Notes under the pieces: generated by a model
The model's input: the letters and a program-made list of their open reading frames with translations, nothing else
What the model was told of the DNA's origin: nothing
Database searches by the model: none
In this document: positions 13,701 to 27,699 of the stretch, one piece after another
Numbering within the stretch: position 1 is the first letter of the stretch
How the letters are laid out: every line of letters starts with the position of its first letter
Position numbers and translations under genes: made by a program
NCBI RefSeq assembly: GCF_964355755.1
Contig: NC_092674.1
Location: 27,156,001-27,220,000 of the forward strand
Length of the DNA: 64,000 nucleotides
Reading direction: 5' to 3'
From: Antedon mediterranea
Lineage: Eukaryota > Animalia > Echinodermata

Positions 13701-16700
13701 CTTTTTGTGTAGTTATAATTAGGTCCCTTGGTATAACATTGCTTTCATATTCTCTAAAATGATACAAAAAAATGTTACTAAAATTACATTTTTAGAAATA
13801 CCCATTTTTTGTAAATTTAATTCTTTCATAATCAAAATAATTGCTCTTTTGTCAGAAACATTTAGGCCAAGGTATAAAATTTACTTTTACAATACAGGAT
13901 TTTATTTTGTCAATTGTTTCTACAGCAACAATTATTTAGGCAATTTCATATGTTGGAAATAACCATAAGGGGTGATGCCATTAAAATAACTGGTTCAACG
14001 GCCGACCTTTACTAAATCAATTTGACATCAAAATAATTAGTTGATGAAATGAACGTGTAAAGAAAACAGATGAAAGATTGAGTAATTGATTTCTTTCATT
14101 TAAGTTTATGTCTCAAATTTACCTAAAACACATTCTTAACACATTCCAATTCTCAACTTTAGATGACATTTGAACTGTTCATAAATGTTTCCATCTGAAC
14201 ACCAATTAACACTTCTGCTGAAGAATATATTTACCAATGAATAAGACATCAATTGGTGAAATTAGAAAGGTGTTTCGTACTAGTTTAGATCAGATTCTCG
14301 GTTACAATATGACCTAGTTCCAGACATAGTTTTCAGACAGTTGAGCACATTAAAACCTGTCGTTCTATTCAGTTTCTGTTTGTACAGATGTCTCATTGAT
14401 GATTCTTTCAAAGGATGCTTTATCCTAATTGTTATTTGGAAGCATTTATGTCCCTAAAAAAAACACAGATCACATGACGCAAGCTACACAAACCAGTGTT
14501 GGCAGTCTATATATGAGTGCTGCTTACCTGGATAAACCGACATTGCCCTTTTCCCTCCCAAGAGAACAAAACAAAACTCCCCTCCAAAATAGTGGTAACC
14601 CCGGTATGAAATAGATTAAAGTAATTATAGTAGAAAAGGGTTAATTTTTATAGATTTTGAAGTTTGAATATTGCAGTTTTCAACATTTTTTCCATTTTAT
14701 TAACCACAGAATGAGCAGTTTTGGATTAAAATAGGCCTTCAATTTTGAATCAACAAGTTGACTAAGTAGGTCTCCTCAAAGTTTGTCAACCGGTCAAATA
14801 GGACCACCTATCGAGTGAACAACATTCCCATCTCGTGCCTCCTCTCGTGTCCTCTCATCTCTCAGGTGTGCCTAGCCTGGTGTGTTACCGTATGAAGAAT
14901 GCTCTTAATTTGCCTCCAGTGGAGGGCTAGCAATTCAGAGAGCACCAACAAGGCAGCTATCCCGTGCTATAGGCAAGCTACCTCACTATATGATCTTAAT
15001 TCATATTATAAGCTGACATATCATTTACAACAGAGTACAACCAATGTTGTTAAAGCGAGTGTGCCAATTTTAGCATATTTTACCCTCGCACGACAAGACA
15101 TACACAGTTTCAACAGCAGGTAGAAAAAGTCATTCAAGCTTTTAACCAATCAGAAATAATATACCAATATTGTTTTGGTTATATTATCTTTGAATCTAAA
15201 GTGTACCAATAACTTTTGGATTATATATGTTTACCTGGACACACAGTAAGTACTGGTAAATGCAGGTAAACTGTAATTGGTTGTTACACCTACGCACAGT
15301 GCACTCTACGAAACCATTTCTTAATGACAGGTGTGATATTCTTAAAACAATATGAACAAATCAATTTATTTATAATGTATAGCATTGCAGATAATACTTT
15401 GCATTGGGTTTCTGTGATATCAAACATCGTTTCTACTTATCTTGATAAATGTGGAAAAAAATATTACATTGTGATTAAAATGCCTTCAAGCTAAAGATAA
15501 AAATTATTGGATCTCTACCACTTTACATGATAGATTAATTTGTTTACTTTATGCCTATATTTTATATATAATAAATCTATGACCACTAAATGGGTGACAG
15601 GTTATACTATTTATTATACTTGGCTGTATGTTCATCAATCAATGCAATTCCTATACAATATGTCGACTGTACTACACTTGAAATTATTGATTTACGATAT
15701 GTTTGAGATGTATAGGCCCATTTTTCTACCATATCTTAACAATACAATAATTAGCCTACAAAGACATGCGTCAAAAGTATTAGTTGTAAGCTATGTTGTA
15801 CTATGCAATATTATATATGTAAGGTTCAATAAAGTATACAGTCAAGTTTTTTATAGTTTCAAAATAAACTCCAATTCAGGTGTATTAAAAAATCAAATTA
15901 AACTTCCACCAAGTTCATCAGAATTTAATTACAAAATGATGGTAGTAGGCTTCTAACAAGTGACAAGATAACAAGGATGGACAGCTCCCATTGAGGTAAA
16001 ACCTGTTTAGAGGAGGCATCATTTGGCCTTTTGGAGATTATCCAAACACCACCTGTGGAAGATAGGGGCCTAGGTTGCTGACGGTCACTGCGGTATGTTG
16101 TAATTGGATACAGCGCAAGCCGCATCCATCACAGCCATCCTATTGGACGTATTGTTTATCTAGGTCAGCTGTAAAAAGGATATATCTTGTGTTTTCGGAT
16201 AAATAACATGAAAAATGTTGTCTAAAATAACAATGAATTTAAGAGAATGCAGTAGGAACATTAACATCATTTTCCAACACATGTCTGCAGTAACAGCATA
16301 GTGCATTAACTCTCATTACAAAATGAGCGAGAAAAATTCAGATTCTTAAAAAATTATAGATATTCAGTGCACGTTTCAAATGTCTAGTTCTTTATCGGAA
16401 TATTACCTATCAGTATTAATAGTTTATATGTGTTTTATACATTTTTGAAACTGAAAAGGGTAGCTTTTGTTAATGCAATTAATGAACTGGGAATGTTGTG
16501 ATCTAGCTGTTCATTTCGAGTGCATATTTACAAGTCTACTCAAATTTAATGACAAACAAGTGCAAAGAACCAACCTAAACCCATCATTAGAAAGACAATC
16601 CCAACAATGCGAAGGAGATGAGTATAATCATCAAGAGAGAACAAGACAAAACACATCAACTTGAATAGGATTACCCTACAAATGTTTTACAATACTGTGA

Positions 16701-17776
16701 ATGAGCCTAGTGCGTATAAAAGTGTTCATTTGGGTAAAAAGGGTCTAAGGTACGCTAATCTTCTCTCTACACCTAATAATTTAGTGTTTGTACTCCCGAC
16801 AAACTGTTCTCTACCGTTAAGCCTCTAATCCAATTGGGAATTGTTTCTATAGGATTAGTGGTAATTACAAGGTAAGGGACTTTAAATCTGTTAGGTGTAA
16901 CTAGGTTGTTTACAAGGAATAAAGTAGGTTGATGTCTAAAGTGGTTTGTGTTCTTTCCAAAAAAGTGGCATTATATCCTACGACACAGTCTAAAAAATGT
17001 ACCTAAAACATTATATGAACATGGATGTTTACATTAAATCAAATCCATTGATTACTTACTGTAAAATTATATAAAAAATGAATTTACAGAAATTGGCAGC
17101 CTCATACCTTTGCTAAACTAAAAAGTAACTTGCCATCATTAGCTACAGTAGTTCCAACATTTTCAACTAGCAATTATGAAAAATCTACTAGTTTTCTAAA
17201 GTGAATTTCAAGCCTTAGGATGTGCTTCTGAATGTCTTTAGGGACTCTTATCAGACTACCTTTAATTAGTGAAATAAACAAATAACTAATTCAATTAATT
17301 TGATATCAGTATCAGTAATTTACGTAAACATAACAAGATGGAGACTTGTAGATTTGTACAACTGGTTTCAAACTGTGTTCATGTTTTCTTGGCCATGATG
17401 AAGTAAAAACTAACATCTTTCTGATCGGGAAAGTAACTTGGTTATCACGATTGAAAATAAACAAGACCGTGTGATCTTTAAAAGTAAATTTTGTGACTAT
17501 CGTTAAAGAAAATAATGTAACAACTGCTACTGTTTTTCTATGCCGTCATAACCTTGCCATAATCTTCCTATCTGGTACAATGTCTGCATTTCTGTGTTTA
17601 AGACACCAGATGTCCATGTTCAAATCTAGTTTAGCCCTTCAGAAAACATCCCAATTCTAGTTTTTTAATTTTGAAGAAGCTTATACAAAATGCTTTAAGC
17701 ATAATACCATCATAAATAAGGTTTAAAATGATATTAAGGAAAGAAGTTAGTCAGTATAGGAAACCAATGGTTGTAT

Positions 17777-17796
17777 CATGGACCTATAGGTCCATG
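17777..17796. mobile_element. Putative P-element excision footprint (20-bp palindrome, 7-bp TSD)
   Basis: GTTGTAT|CATGGACCTATAGGTCCATG|GTTGTAT. Confidence 0.55.
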
Positions 17797-18054
17797 GTTG
17801 TATGTACTGTACCATTATGTACTTGGTTTTTTTACAGGAGTTATAATATACACTATTGTGTTTAGAACTAGGTAGCTTGGGTTGGAATTCAAACTGAACA
17901 CAATGGCTAGGCAATTCTTTTGTTAAACATCTATCACTTCTATGGTGAGTTTCTATGTATTTATGTGTAAATCAATACGTAGGCCTTTTCTTTGTTAGTA
18001 ACGTACACCCCTGTAACTTTGAGAATGTCATTGCTTTTGCATTTATCAACATTG

Positions 18055-18162
18055 GACTGGGCTGGCCTATGTCATGTCTTAACTAGGCTGGCTCATAATG
18101 TCTTAACTAGGCTGGCTCACAATGTCTGGACTGGGCCGGTCCATAATGTCTAGACTAGGCCC
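18055..18162. repeat. Degenerate tandem repeat of about 23 bp
   Basis: ACTAGGCTGGCTCATAATGTCTT-like units, 4-5 copies. Confidence 0.8.
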
Positions 18163-20797
18163 ATGATGATGTCTGGTTAAACCAATTTACCCACATTATT
18201 TCTCTTTGCTTTTACCGTACCATAGTTTAAAATGAATATTGTTTAATACTACAGTTGGAAATTATTTTAACATTACTTATTTGTTGTTAACCTTAGACAA
18301 ATCGAGGATCTGCCAATCAAAAAATATTAAATAACTAAACAATGTCAATGGTTGATTGGCACATTGTGAAGAATACCAATTATTAGAAAATCATATATTG
18401 TTAAGTTTAATAATTAATAAGCCAGTTGTTTAACAGAACTGCTCTTGTTACTGTGATAATCAACAAGTAATTAAATTTACTTGTAAGACCATTATTTGTA
18501 GAATAACAAACATTAGCCCAAGATTTAGTTACAATAATAATTTTAATTTGTTAACTCTAAAACATGAAACGTTTTAATCAATATTATTTATTATAAATTA
18601 ATGACGACATCATGTTTACTTCTGAGTCACGACGCATTCTGATTGGACGAGTACCTTCATTTGCTTTCTTCAAATCAAGGCGATGAAAGCTGGTACTTAA
18701 TCGACGCTAGTCAGTTGGAAAAAGTAACTGTTATATTTATTTCTTTTGTCTTTCAAACTACCTAATCAGACGGAAACTCAATTGCTAATATTGTATTTCG
18801 TTAGCGTTCATTCACGTCGTTCAATCTATTTCGATTTTTTCAGGTGAAACATCAAGGTGTACTTTTACTGTCATTTCTCGGTGGCCCGGGTCAAATTAAT
18901 TTTGATATAAAGCTCATTCACGTATAAACACATTTTTAAGACTTTTAAATCCATAACAAAGGACTCCAACAGGTAGTCAGTCATAGGACTGAAAACAAAT
19001 AAATTTGAAAAATAACAACCTTTTCTAAAAACTCATATCAAACAGTTGGTGACCAAATGCTTTATTGAAAGATGGAATGTAATTGAATTCACCTACTCAG
19101 AATTTTTCATTATAAATTAAATGAAAACTTTAATCTTTGATGTTATTTTAACAATGACAAAAATAACAATAAATGTTTTTCTTTAATTTAATCAGAAGAT
19201 TTTCCTAAGGTAGTTGTTTGGTGCTATTTAACAACTCCCTGTTTAGTGTATGGAGGAAATAAATAGTAGTAATCAATTTTCACTATTGTACCCTTTAGAA
19301 ACAAACAACATTTGTTTACAGTTAAAAAAACCATTGCAAATTACTAAATAAATAATTTTTCTTTTTGTATAGACATTAATATAAAGATAACCTTATACAT
19401 GTTTATACTTTTAATGTTAACTTCTATCCCTCTCTTTGAAGGAAATAGGCTATTTTTAGTTTATCCAGGTAAGCTAGGCACAAAATAGACTATCTAAATA
19501 TTCCACAGACATTGCAAGCTGATCGTTTTCCTTTTATAGCTAATCCGTTAAAAACTTGAGTAAAATGTCAACTTGAATGGCACATGTATTACCTTAATAA
19601 AAGACACAAACTAATTGGTCTATATCATATTTCAACTATGTTTAAACAGGCCAATTCATATTGTATTAATGTTAGCTTGGTTTTTAGCAAAATTAATCCA
19701 TGAACAAATTACTCAGTAGATTCGGTTACTAAATACCTTTTTTTTACTCTAAAATTGCCAAGTGTTTGTCGATTGTGAAAAAACACTGAAAAGCACCACA
19801 AAAAATGTAAAAAGTAGATACATGTGCAAAACAGTTTCAATTTATGTGTAAGAAATTAAAGTCTTTATTCATTAGATTTTAATTTATAACTTTAAAATTG
19901 AGTACATGACAATATTTAAATGTACATTGGCATGTTTAATTTAAAATGTTTGGTTCTCTTACAACTAATGTGAAAGAAATTATCCAACATATTAATCTTG
20001 AAACAAACTGTTTAATTGTGGAGTTTAAAGCTAAAGGTCTCAATATCTAGACCTCGTTTTTTGTTAAGCGCATTTTAACGCTCACATTACTATTATTATT
20101 GACTAATTAAAGAAGAAAAGATTATCATTTAAGATGTTGAGAATGGCATAAATGTCCAGATTATCTCTAGAAAACAACATAAAATCATTTAATTAGCATT
20201 CTAAATACTAAGATGATCGGTTTTTAAATGTTTAAATTCTTCATATCTAATTAGCTGTACATTTCATTACATGATTACTGAATTATTACCTAGTTAAACG
20301 ATGACTAAAGATTATAATTAAATGATAAGAACAGATTCAAATGATATAAAACTATTTAATGGATATATTAAATGTGAAAAAGATCGTTTTTTAAATGCTA
20401 AATTCTTTTTATTTTTATCCCTCACCATGCATCGCTACAGAGCATCACCTCGATGGCGCTACATCCAAGGATGGCCTATGTAGTTAAACTTCATAGGGCT
20501 CTATCAAATTAAATTAGCAGTATTGCATATCACATACAATATTGAGTTTAGTAGAACGAGGTATTAAATGTCTACAATCAGACCCCTTATCTAATAAAAA
20601 TGTGAACTGGTGTTTTGTTGAGGTGGTCAAGCTGGCCTTCCCATTGTCCATTTCTCAGTATGTGACCTACAACACTAACTAGATACTGACAGATGATGAC
20701 CAGATTATTATAATAAAAAAGAAATAAAAAGAGAAAGGCAACCTAATCTGAAAATATACATACACATGAGAAATTGCAGGATAAAACTAAATACAGG

Positions 20798-22366
20798 ACT
20801 AGACATGTAACTCGTCACTTTGACGAGTTTGGTTATCCGCCGCGCAAGTGGTGCAACATTAACATTAAGGGGATAGGTTGAGGACAAAAGGAAGTGTTCA
20901 CGTTGGCATTATGAACTGAACTGAAGAATATGATCTGTTGTTATTGCTGAATTTTATTATTTAAATTCATATATAGTATACACAGTATAATCTGTATCCA
21001 TATCACATACAGTGTAGAATAGGTGAAATTACGGGACCCGCTATTTATTACAATTTTTAACATGTTGACGGTTTTAAAATGAAACGCGAAGTTAGCAATT
21101 CCGAAAGGAAATTATCTCAGCAACAACGTATTAGCGTGTAGAAGAAATTTGAATACGTGAAATATTGATGCGCGCTCTTTTAAATGTAATGAATTATGAC
21201 GCAAAAGATGAAAATACGACCTTTTTTATTAAACTGGCCATATGATGACGTCACAACATCCGATTGGCAACATTTTTACATAATTTCGTATCTACAATCC
21301 AATAGCTTCCAGAAAATGTTTTAATCGTGATTATCAAGTTTTATTCTTACGAGCTATAACAGATTAAAATTTACTGTAAAGATGAAATTGATGCCACACG
21401 TGATTAAAATTTTTAGGCATGATGACGTCAAAAAAATTAAAATATTTTTAACTCATGCGAAAGATACTTGATTGACCTAGACAAAATCAAAATTGGGGTG
21501 AAAATGGAAAACGGATAAGTGGAGATGCGCTCTATTCAATGTGATGAGCTATGACGAAAGATACAAAAATCCTAAATTTTATATTCGCGTGGCCATACGA
21601 TGACGTCACAATGTCCGGTTAGCCATATTAATACCTGATCCGATATCTACAACTCATCTACTTCCAGAATATGCCATCCACAAAAAGTTGACCGTCTAGT
21701 TTAGAAATTACGACTGTTTAAAAAAAGGCATATTTTAAACGAATTTTTTAACCTTTTCATAAAAAACGCGCGCAAATTGTCCAATTCGACGTGCTCGTAT
21801 GACGTATCTTTAAGTCGAAATTGTTTAAAATTTGGTAAAATTACTAGAAAAGGCTGGAAAAATATAAATCACGTGAAAAAAGTACGTTTTCAATACTACG
21901 TGCGCACCGCACACGTAAAAATGTGCGCACGCGTGGGAATTTTTGACATGCTTAAAACGACATGAAACGCGTAGAAAGTTGATTATAAATTAATTTTGCG
22001 CATTTTGAAATTTTAAATGCGCGTGCGCGCGTAACTTTGTGTAAAACACGCAATTTTTTTTCAACAGAAAGTTAGCGCATGATATAAATTAAACTTTTGC
22101 AAAGTTTCAAGTTGAAATGTTATTTGGTTGTCGAGCTATGTTAAATACGACAAAATCGTTAAATCGCGCGTAAGTCACGTTGCGCAATTGTAAACGTCAT
22201 GAAAAGCTTCGCTTGACGACGTTACGTAAATGTCAATATGTTAAGATAGTTACCGAAATGTTATGTTTGCGAGTTTTAGAGAAAAGCGTTACACAAAAAT
22301 CATACAGGTTGATTTCGTACAATCACAAGAGGTTATCCTGCAACTTCGTTGCGGATAACCAAATAA
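20798..22366 (-). mobile_element. Helentron/HINE-like element, single unit, related to 29699-32097
   Basis: ACTAG at 20798, hairpin AACTCGTCA-CTT-TGACGAGTT (20809-20829), subTIR GGTTATCCGC (20831-20840); 5' hairpin at 22331-22360. It shares the CpG-rich core GACGTGCTCGTATGACG and carries an internal diverged duplication (about 21150-21330 vs 21500-21690). Confidence 0.8.
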
Positions 22367-25300
22367 GTTGAATGAATGATTTTATAATTTTTATTAAATT
22401 ATATAACTTCTTGAGCATAAACTTTTCTGGCTATAACAAAAATAAATAAATAAAAACAAAATTTATAAAAAAAAAAACACTGTATATTATACTATAGCAT
22501 AGACTGGTATAATATAATAACTATAGTATGATAGACTGTATGCCATGGTATACTATATATTTTACCATTCTATAGTAAATTTTCTCTGATCTGCAGCTAT
22601 AAAGAGCATGTTTTATATTATAATGATTTACATCATGTTCAATACATCTGACAAGACATTATTGAACATGCAGAGTAAGAAAACCAAACATCAGGTCATA
22701 ATACCTTCACAATCAAAACGCTGCACTAACTACAGCGTGCAGTTGATTCAAAATCCTGCCGTAGGGTACAGGTGGGATGGGTCACCGACGAGTTGCCATA
22801 GCTACATTCGTCAACATTTTTAGAAAGTTCTTTTCCGAGTATCATAGACACACTTTTTGGAGTCTTGGGAGTAGAAAGGTTTTGATATATACCTTGTTTT
22901 TTAATCTGATTGTTTGTTTAATGTCTGTTTTTTTTATCATAGTATAAGTACCATTTGTAGAATAATGTACAACTAACCTCGACAATAACAATCATATACT
23001 TTATTCTTAGGATTTAGATTAAATTACCTATTTAATATTGTCATAAGTACATATAAACATGAAATAGTAATGAATCGAAAGAACAATTTATTATATTAAC
23101 AAACTATAGTACACTAAACATTAAAATAAATTAATTTCTGGATTAGGTTACATTTGTATGGACGCACCAACAAAAGGTATGTGTCACTAATTTTAAAGTA
23201 GGTGCCAATAAAAATTAAAATATTTTATCCTTTCTTTCACTTTCTAACAAATGAGATAAAATAATGACAAGATATTTGGTTATCTGTTGTAGGCTGTTGA
23301 TAAAACCTATTTAGTTATAAATTTAATAAGATGAGCCCAATACTATTAAGTTATGCAGATTACAACAGAACTTCATCTTTATCAATCAGTACCAATTGCC
23401 TGTCATCTCAGCTTTCAGTAGCCATTTGCTCAACAAGGTTAAATTTCTAGTTTGCAACTAATTAAAAGGGGCTGACCTGGTCCAACCCAAGGTGGGCTGA
23501 ACAAAACGTGCAAAAGCATGAGTTTCTGGTAGGAATTCTAAGAACATGAATCATGATCGTTGCGAACATGAAACACCATCTTAATGCAACAGTTACACAT
23601 ATTTTATAAGGGGTAGTGATATCTATTAAACACAATTTCTTTAGTGATCTTTTAATAGGTCAATACTAAATAGACAACAAGCTTGTTGGTGTTTATTGTG
23701 TTATTATTGGGTCCCAACTCAGAAACATTAAATAAGCAGTCCAAAAGCTTTATGAGGAAGGATATTCATACAAGTCTAGATCAATATATCTAACTAAGAT
23801 CATTTTATTTATCTCTTATAAAAGATGTTGAATCTTTCTTCTCATGATTTTAATTAGATTAAATCATAATAATATAAAACAAACTAAAAAAAAAAGTGAG
23901 GAAAGCCATTATGATTCTATATATTTCATTTATATCAAACTTATTCATGGATCCACTGGTATAATTTATATCATACTAACCGTGTTACTGGTATGAAATC
24001 AACTATTTAGTAACTGTCCCTTTAAAGTAAAGACATAAAAAGCACCTGTAAAGAGGTGACTACACTTAGCTGACTTCCTTTGCTGCGTCAACACAAAGGG
24101 GACGGCCTAGAATTGGCACCCCGTTGAACAGGGTCCTTTTTAATATTTAACCATAAAATTAACTAATGCTATAATAATACAGCCTGTTCTAATGTTCGGC
24201 CAAGTTCATAGCTTTTGGGCAGAAACTCTGTGTACAGGCATATGGAAAACAAATAAACACAACCATTAATTTACAGTTAACCTCCACTTACAATGATGCC
24301 ACAAGACTTAAATTAACAATCATTGGCCTATCCAAGGAGATAGGTACAACTTACAATAAATAAAGTAATTGAACAACCCTATTACAAAATGATGTGATCC
24401 ACACTCCAAGCTGAAAGTAAAACAGGACAAAGCATACCGAATTTTAAGAAATTTTTTCTTGCCTTTTTAAAAATATTTATTTACTTATGTCATTCTGTTT
24501 AATGAGAAAAATATATACCATAACTGGTCGTTAAAAAACAATGTCACCATGGCATAGAGATGATAAATATTTGCAACAAAATGTGTACATTGTTAAAACT
24601 AAATTGACTTAAATGTAGGACATGTCATATCAGCCCGCCAGTCAAGAAGCTTGCTGTTCTTTGATAATATCTTATGTACGTATATATCAAAATAAGAATC
24701 CCTTGGTATACCCAACAATGCCTTGATCAACCTATCAGATTCACACTTCTGTTTTCATTTACGCAGCCTGCATAACTGACTGAAAGGCTGCAGAAACCTA
24801 GGGAACGTGTGGTTAGCAAGAAGTTCTATAGGGCCTAAGATCAATCATCTGGTTGGTCAGCGGACGCGCCTATGCTTTCTAAGTCAATACGGTATACAAA
24901 CGCATGTATTGAAATTCACTATATACTCAAGGGAACCATGTCTTAGAAAGTCGTATAACAATGCCACATACAATAACGTTTATTTCTATTTTAGTGAACA
25001 GTTAGATGTACATTTAAACACACAATATCATAATTGGTGTGATTGAACTTCAGAAAGACATTGACGTCAGTACATAACCATGTTAGTTTTTTTATATTTG
25101 CAAAGTTGATTATAACATTGACATGTTTCTGTCACTTTTCATTAATCAATAACCTAATTGAAAATTGACAAACTAATACATTTAAAAATCTAAACTATGT
25201 CTATTTAACTATAAAGTAACCATGTTGATGATAAGTCTGATTTATTGAACGGTAGAGTAACGAAAGAAAATGGTTTTATAGGTAAATTGAATTGATAGAA

Positions 25301-26477
25301 CTTAAAATGCAATAAAGTATATTTTATATACAGTAGTTTTTTTTTGTCTTGTGTGGGTTCGTCCCACTTTTATTATAGTTCTGTTATAAATATAATAATA
25401 TTATATATATATGCACAACACATGTATATATTTCTCTTATTTATAAGGTACATTGTTTAAAAAAATACATATCTTTTGAACAGTATATACATAGGCTAAG
25501 ATTATTTTGATGTTAAAAAGAAACCACATTTACATTCATATACATTTTTTTAAATACAATTAGTTAAAATATGTCAATGGCAATAAAATGATGATAAAAT
25601 GACGATAAAAATTGATTTAAAAAAACATTACTTATGAAAAAGTGATTATTGTTGTTTTATTCTGTTCGTTTCCGTGTCTGGGTAGAGAGGCTATAAACTC
25701 AGGGGAAGAATATAAAAAATCTTCCCTTTTTACCAAGAAAAAATGGATGAGATGAAAACGAAGAATGCAAAAGCTTGAAAAAAGGGTGTTTAGAATGGAT
25801 GGGATGGAACGATATATATAATGAAAACCGGTAGTTAGTAGAAGGAAGTATATTACAATGGCCTACTTTAGCACTGGGAGATGTCCATCATCAAAGAACA
25901 ATAGTATCACATTAAAACATTGTTTTATATATAAGAATTCAGTTTAGATATTTTGATACAACTGGGAATAAGAAACAACTGTCAACACCTGGTGAAATAA
26001 TAAAATTGGAAACTAAACAACTTCTCTTTTTCGATACATCCGTTACAAATCACTGAAACAAATGTTATAGAAATAAAAATTGAATGTATTTATAATAAAA
26101 AACATCCTTTTGGTAATTCAATTTTTATATAATCTAATTTTGAGTTTTTAAACCTGACAGAGAGTGAAAGCACCCTCAGATATTTGGCAGATTTATGAGA
26201 GGAAGGGGGATGTAAGATTTGTTCTGTTTCTATTAAATCAGTGGATTAGTAGAAAATTGTAAAGTAATTAGATTATAGAATTAGAATGGGTGAGGTAAAA
26301 TTACATAATTAGTACTAATAACAGACTCTGGGAAATATTACAGGGAAATAAAACTTCTGATGGAATACCGTACATGAATGCTAGTTTTTAGATTCGATTC
26401 TTAGCAATTTTTTCAAATACAGTACTGTATAATGCTACTGTACAATTGGTATATAAAGTACTCTAGGCATTGTTTTC

Positions 26478-26516
26478 TGTTCTGATGATGAGAATAGTTC
26501 CTCGAAACATGTCACA
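26478..26516 (+). ncRNA. Minimal type I hammerhead-like motif (Penelope-associated), probably degenerate
   Basis: CTGATGA-T-GAG(AATAGTTC)CTC-GAAA-CATG-TC with a palindromic CATG loop III. Stem I pairing is poor. Confidence 0.45.
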
Positions 26517-26933
26517 TTTTAAGGCAGTTTGCCTATTCATTAAATGCCTCACTATCGTTATTTTAACACGAAAGTTTAACTAGTACATTTTCAAATCAGG
26601 TAAATGTAAAATTCAAACTAACATTACCATATTTGTTTTCCTTTTAAATAAAACAATAACTCTGTCTGAGACATAGCCTACTCTAGCACCTTAATTGTTT
26701 TATAAAAATATAAAAAATGCAGAGATGCCTTGTGATGATGACCTAATGAAGTGTTGAAACATTGAATGACAATACAGTGACAAGTATTTCATTCTGATGT
26801 TCATAATAGAACACAAAGAAAAGGTAATTGTTTTATAGTAACAGTTGGTACTAGGCCTACTTGTACAGTTAACAAAACATGTACATTATTTACTATGCAA
26901 GTGTTAATATTTAAAACTATTAACAGCAAATTA

Positions 26934-27699
26934 GGGCGCGTTTATACAACACGCTATTACACGCATATTCTACACGCCTACGAAAAGTGTGTTGTATAAC
27001 AACAAAGAGATTCCGTGTAATGAGATTTTAATTGCAAAAAAGGCTACTTGGCTGAATCCTAAAATTTGGTGGATTCCCGGTCGCCGTTACCGTGTTGGAA
27101 GTGTCCTCAGGGTATATTTTGACCTCTCGTTAAAACAGGTCGTAATATCAATCATGTCATGCGACATTGCTAACAAGATTGGGCCCATTTATTGCTGCTT
27201 CGCTCGCTGCCAGCAATCATCCTCCTACCACGTCTTACGCCTAGCCTAGTGGGACCAACTCGTAGTGGTAGTAGGCCTCTATCGTTTCCCACTCCAAACA
27301 GAATAAAAAATAACATCGCAAAAATGGCATCTTCTTCCATAGTGTATAGATGAAACAATGAAACCCTTAAAATAACTTTTATTAATTTAAATGAACCGAG
27401 AACAAAATAAACAACAATGCAAACGTGAACGAATACAATAATGAAAATGGTAAAAACCGCGCGAATACATCGGACAGCGAGGAGGCGACGATGATTGTTG
27501 ACAACTCAGCCAATTCAAGCGCGATCAACGATTTGACCTTTTATCCTAGCATGCACTGCGTGTTGATGAAACTTCCGGTATAACACGGTATCGTGATTTC
27601 TAGTATAACAGCAAACGTTAAGGTGGGTTGACCTTGGTCCGAACAACACGCTAAAAATTAAAGCCGTGTTCAAATTTAGGGTGTTGTATAAACACGACC
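26934..27699. mobile_element. PIF/Harbinger-like non-autonomous element with TTA TSD
   Basis: TTA|GGGCGCGTTTATACAACACGCTA ... TAGGGTGTTGTATAAACACGACC|TTA. The internal short ORF 27170..27358 may be a transposase N-terminal remnant (uncertain). Confidence 0.75.

Noticed and set aside
15540-15956. 138-aa ORF and other 60-90-aa ORFs in the FAT4 intron
   Set aside because: AT-rich, low-complexity translations without motifs or consistent splice signals.
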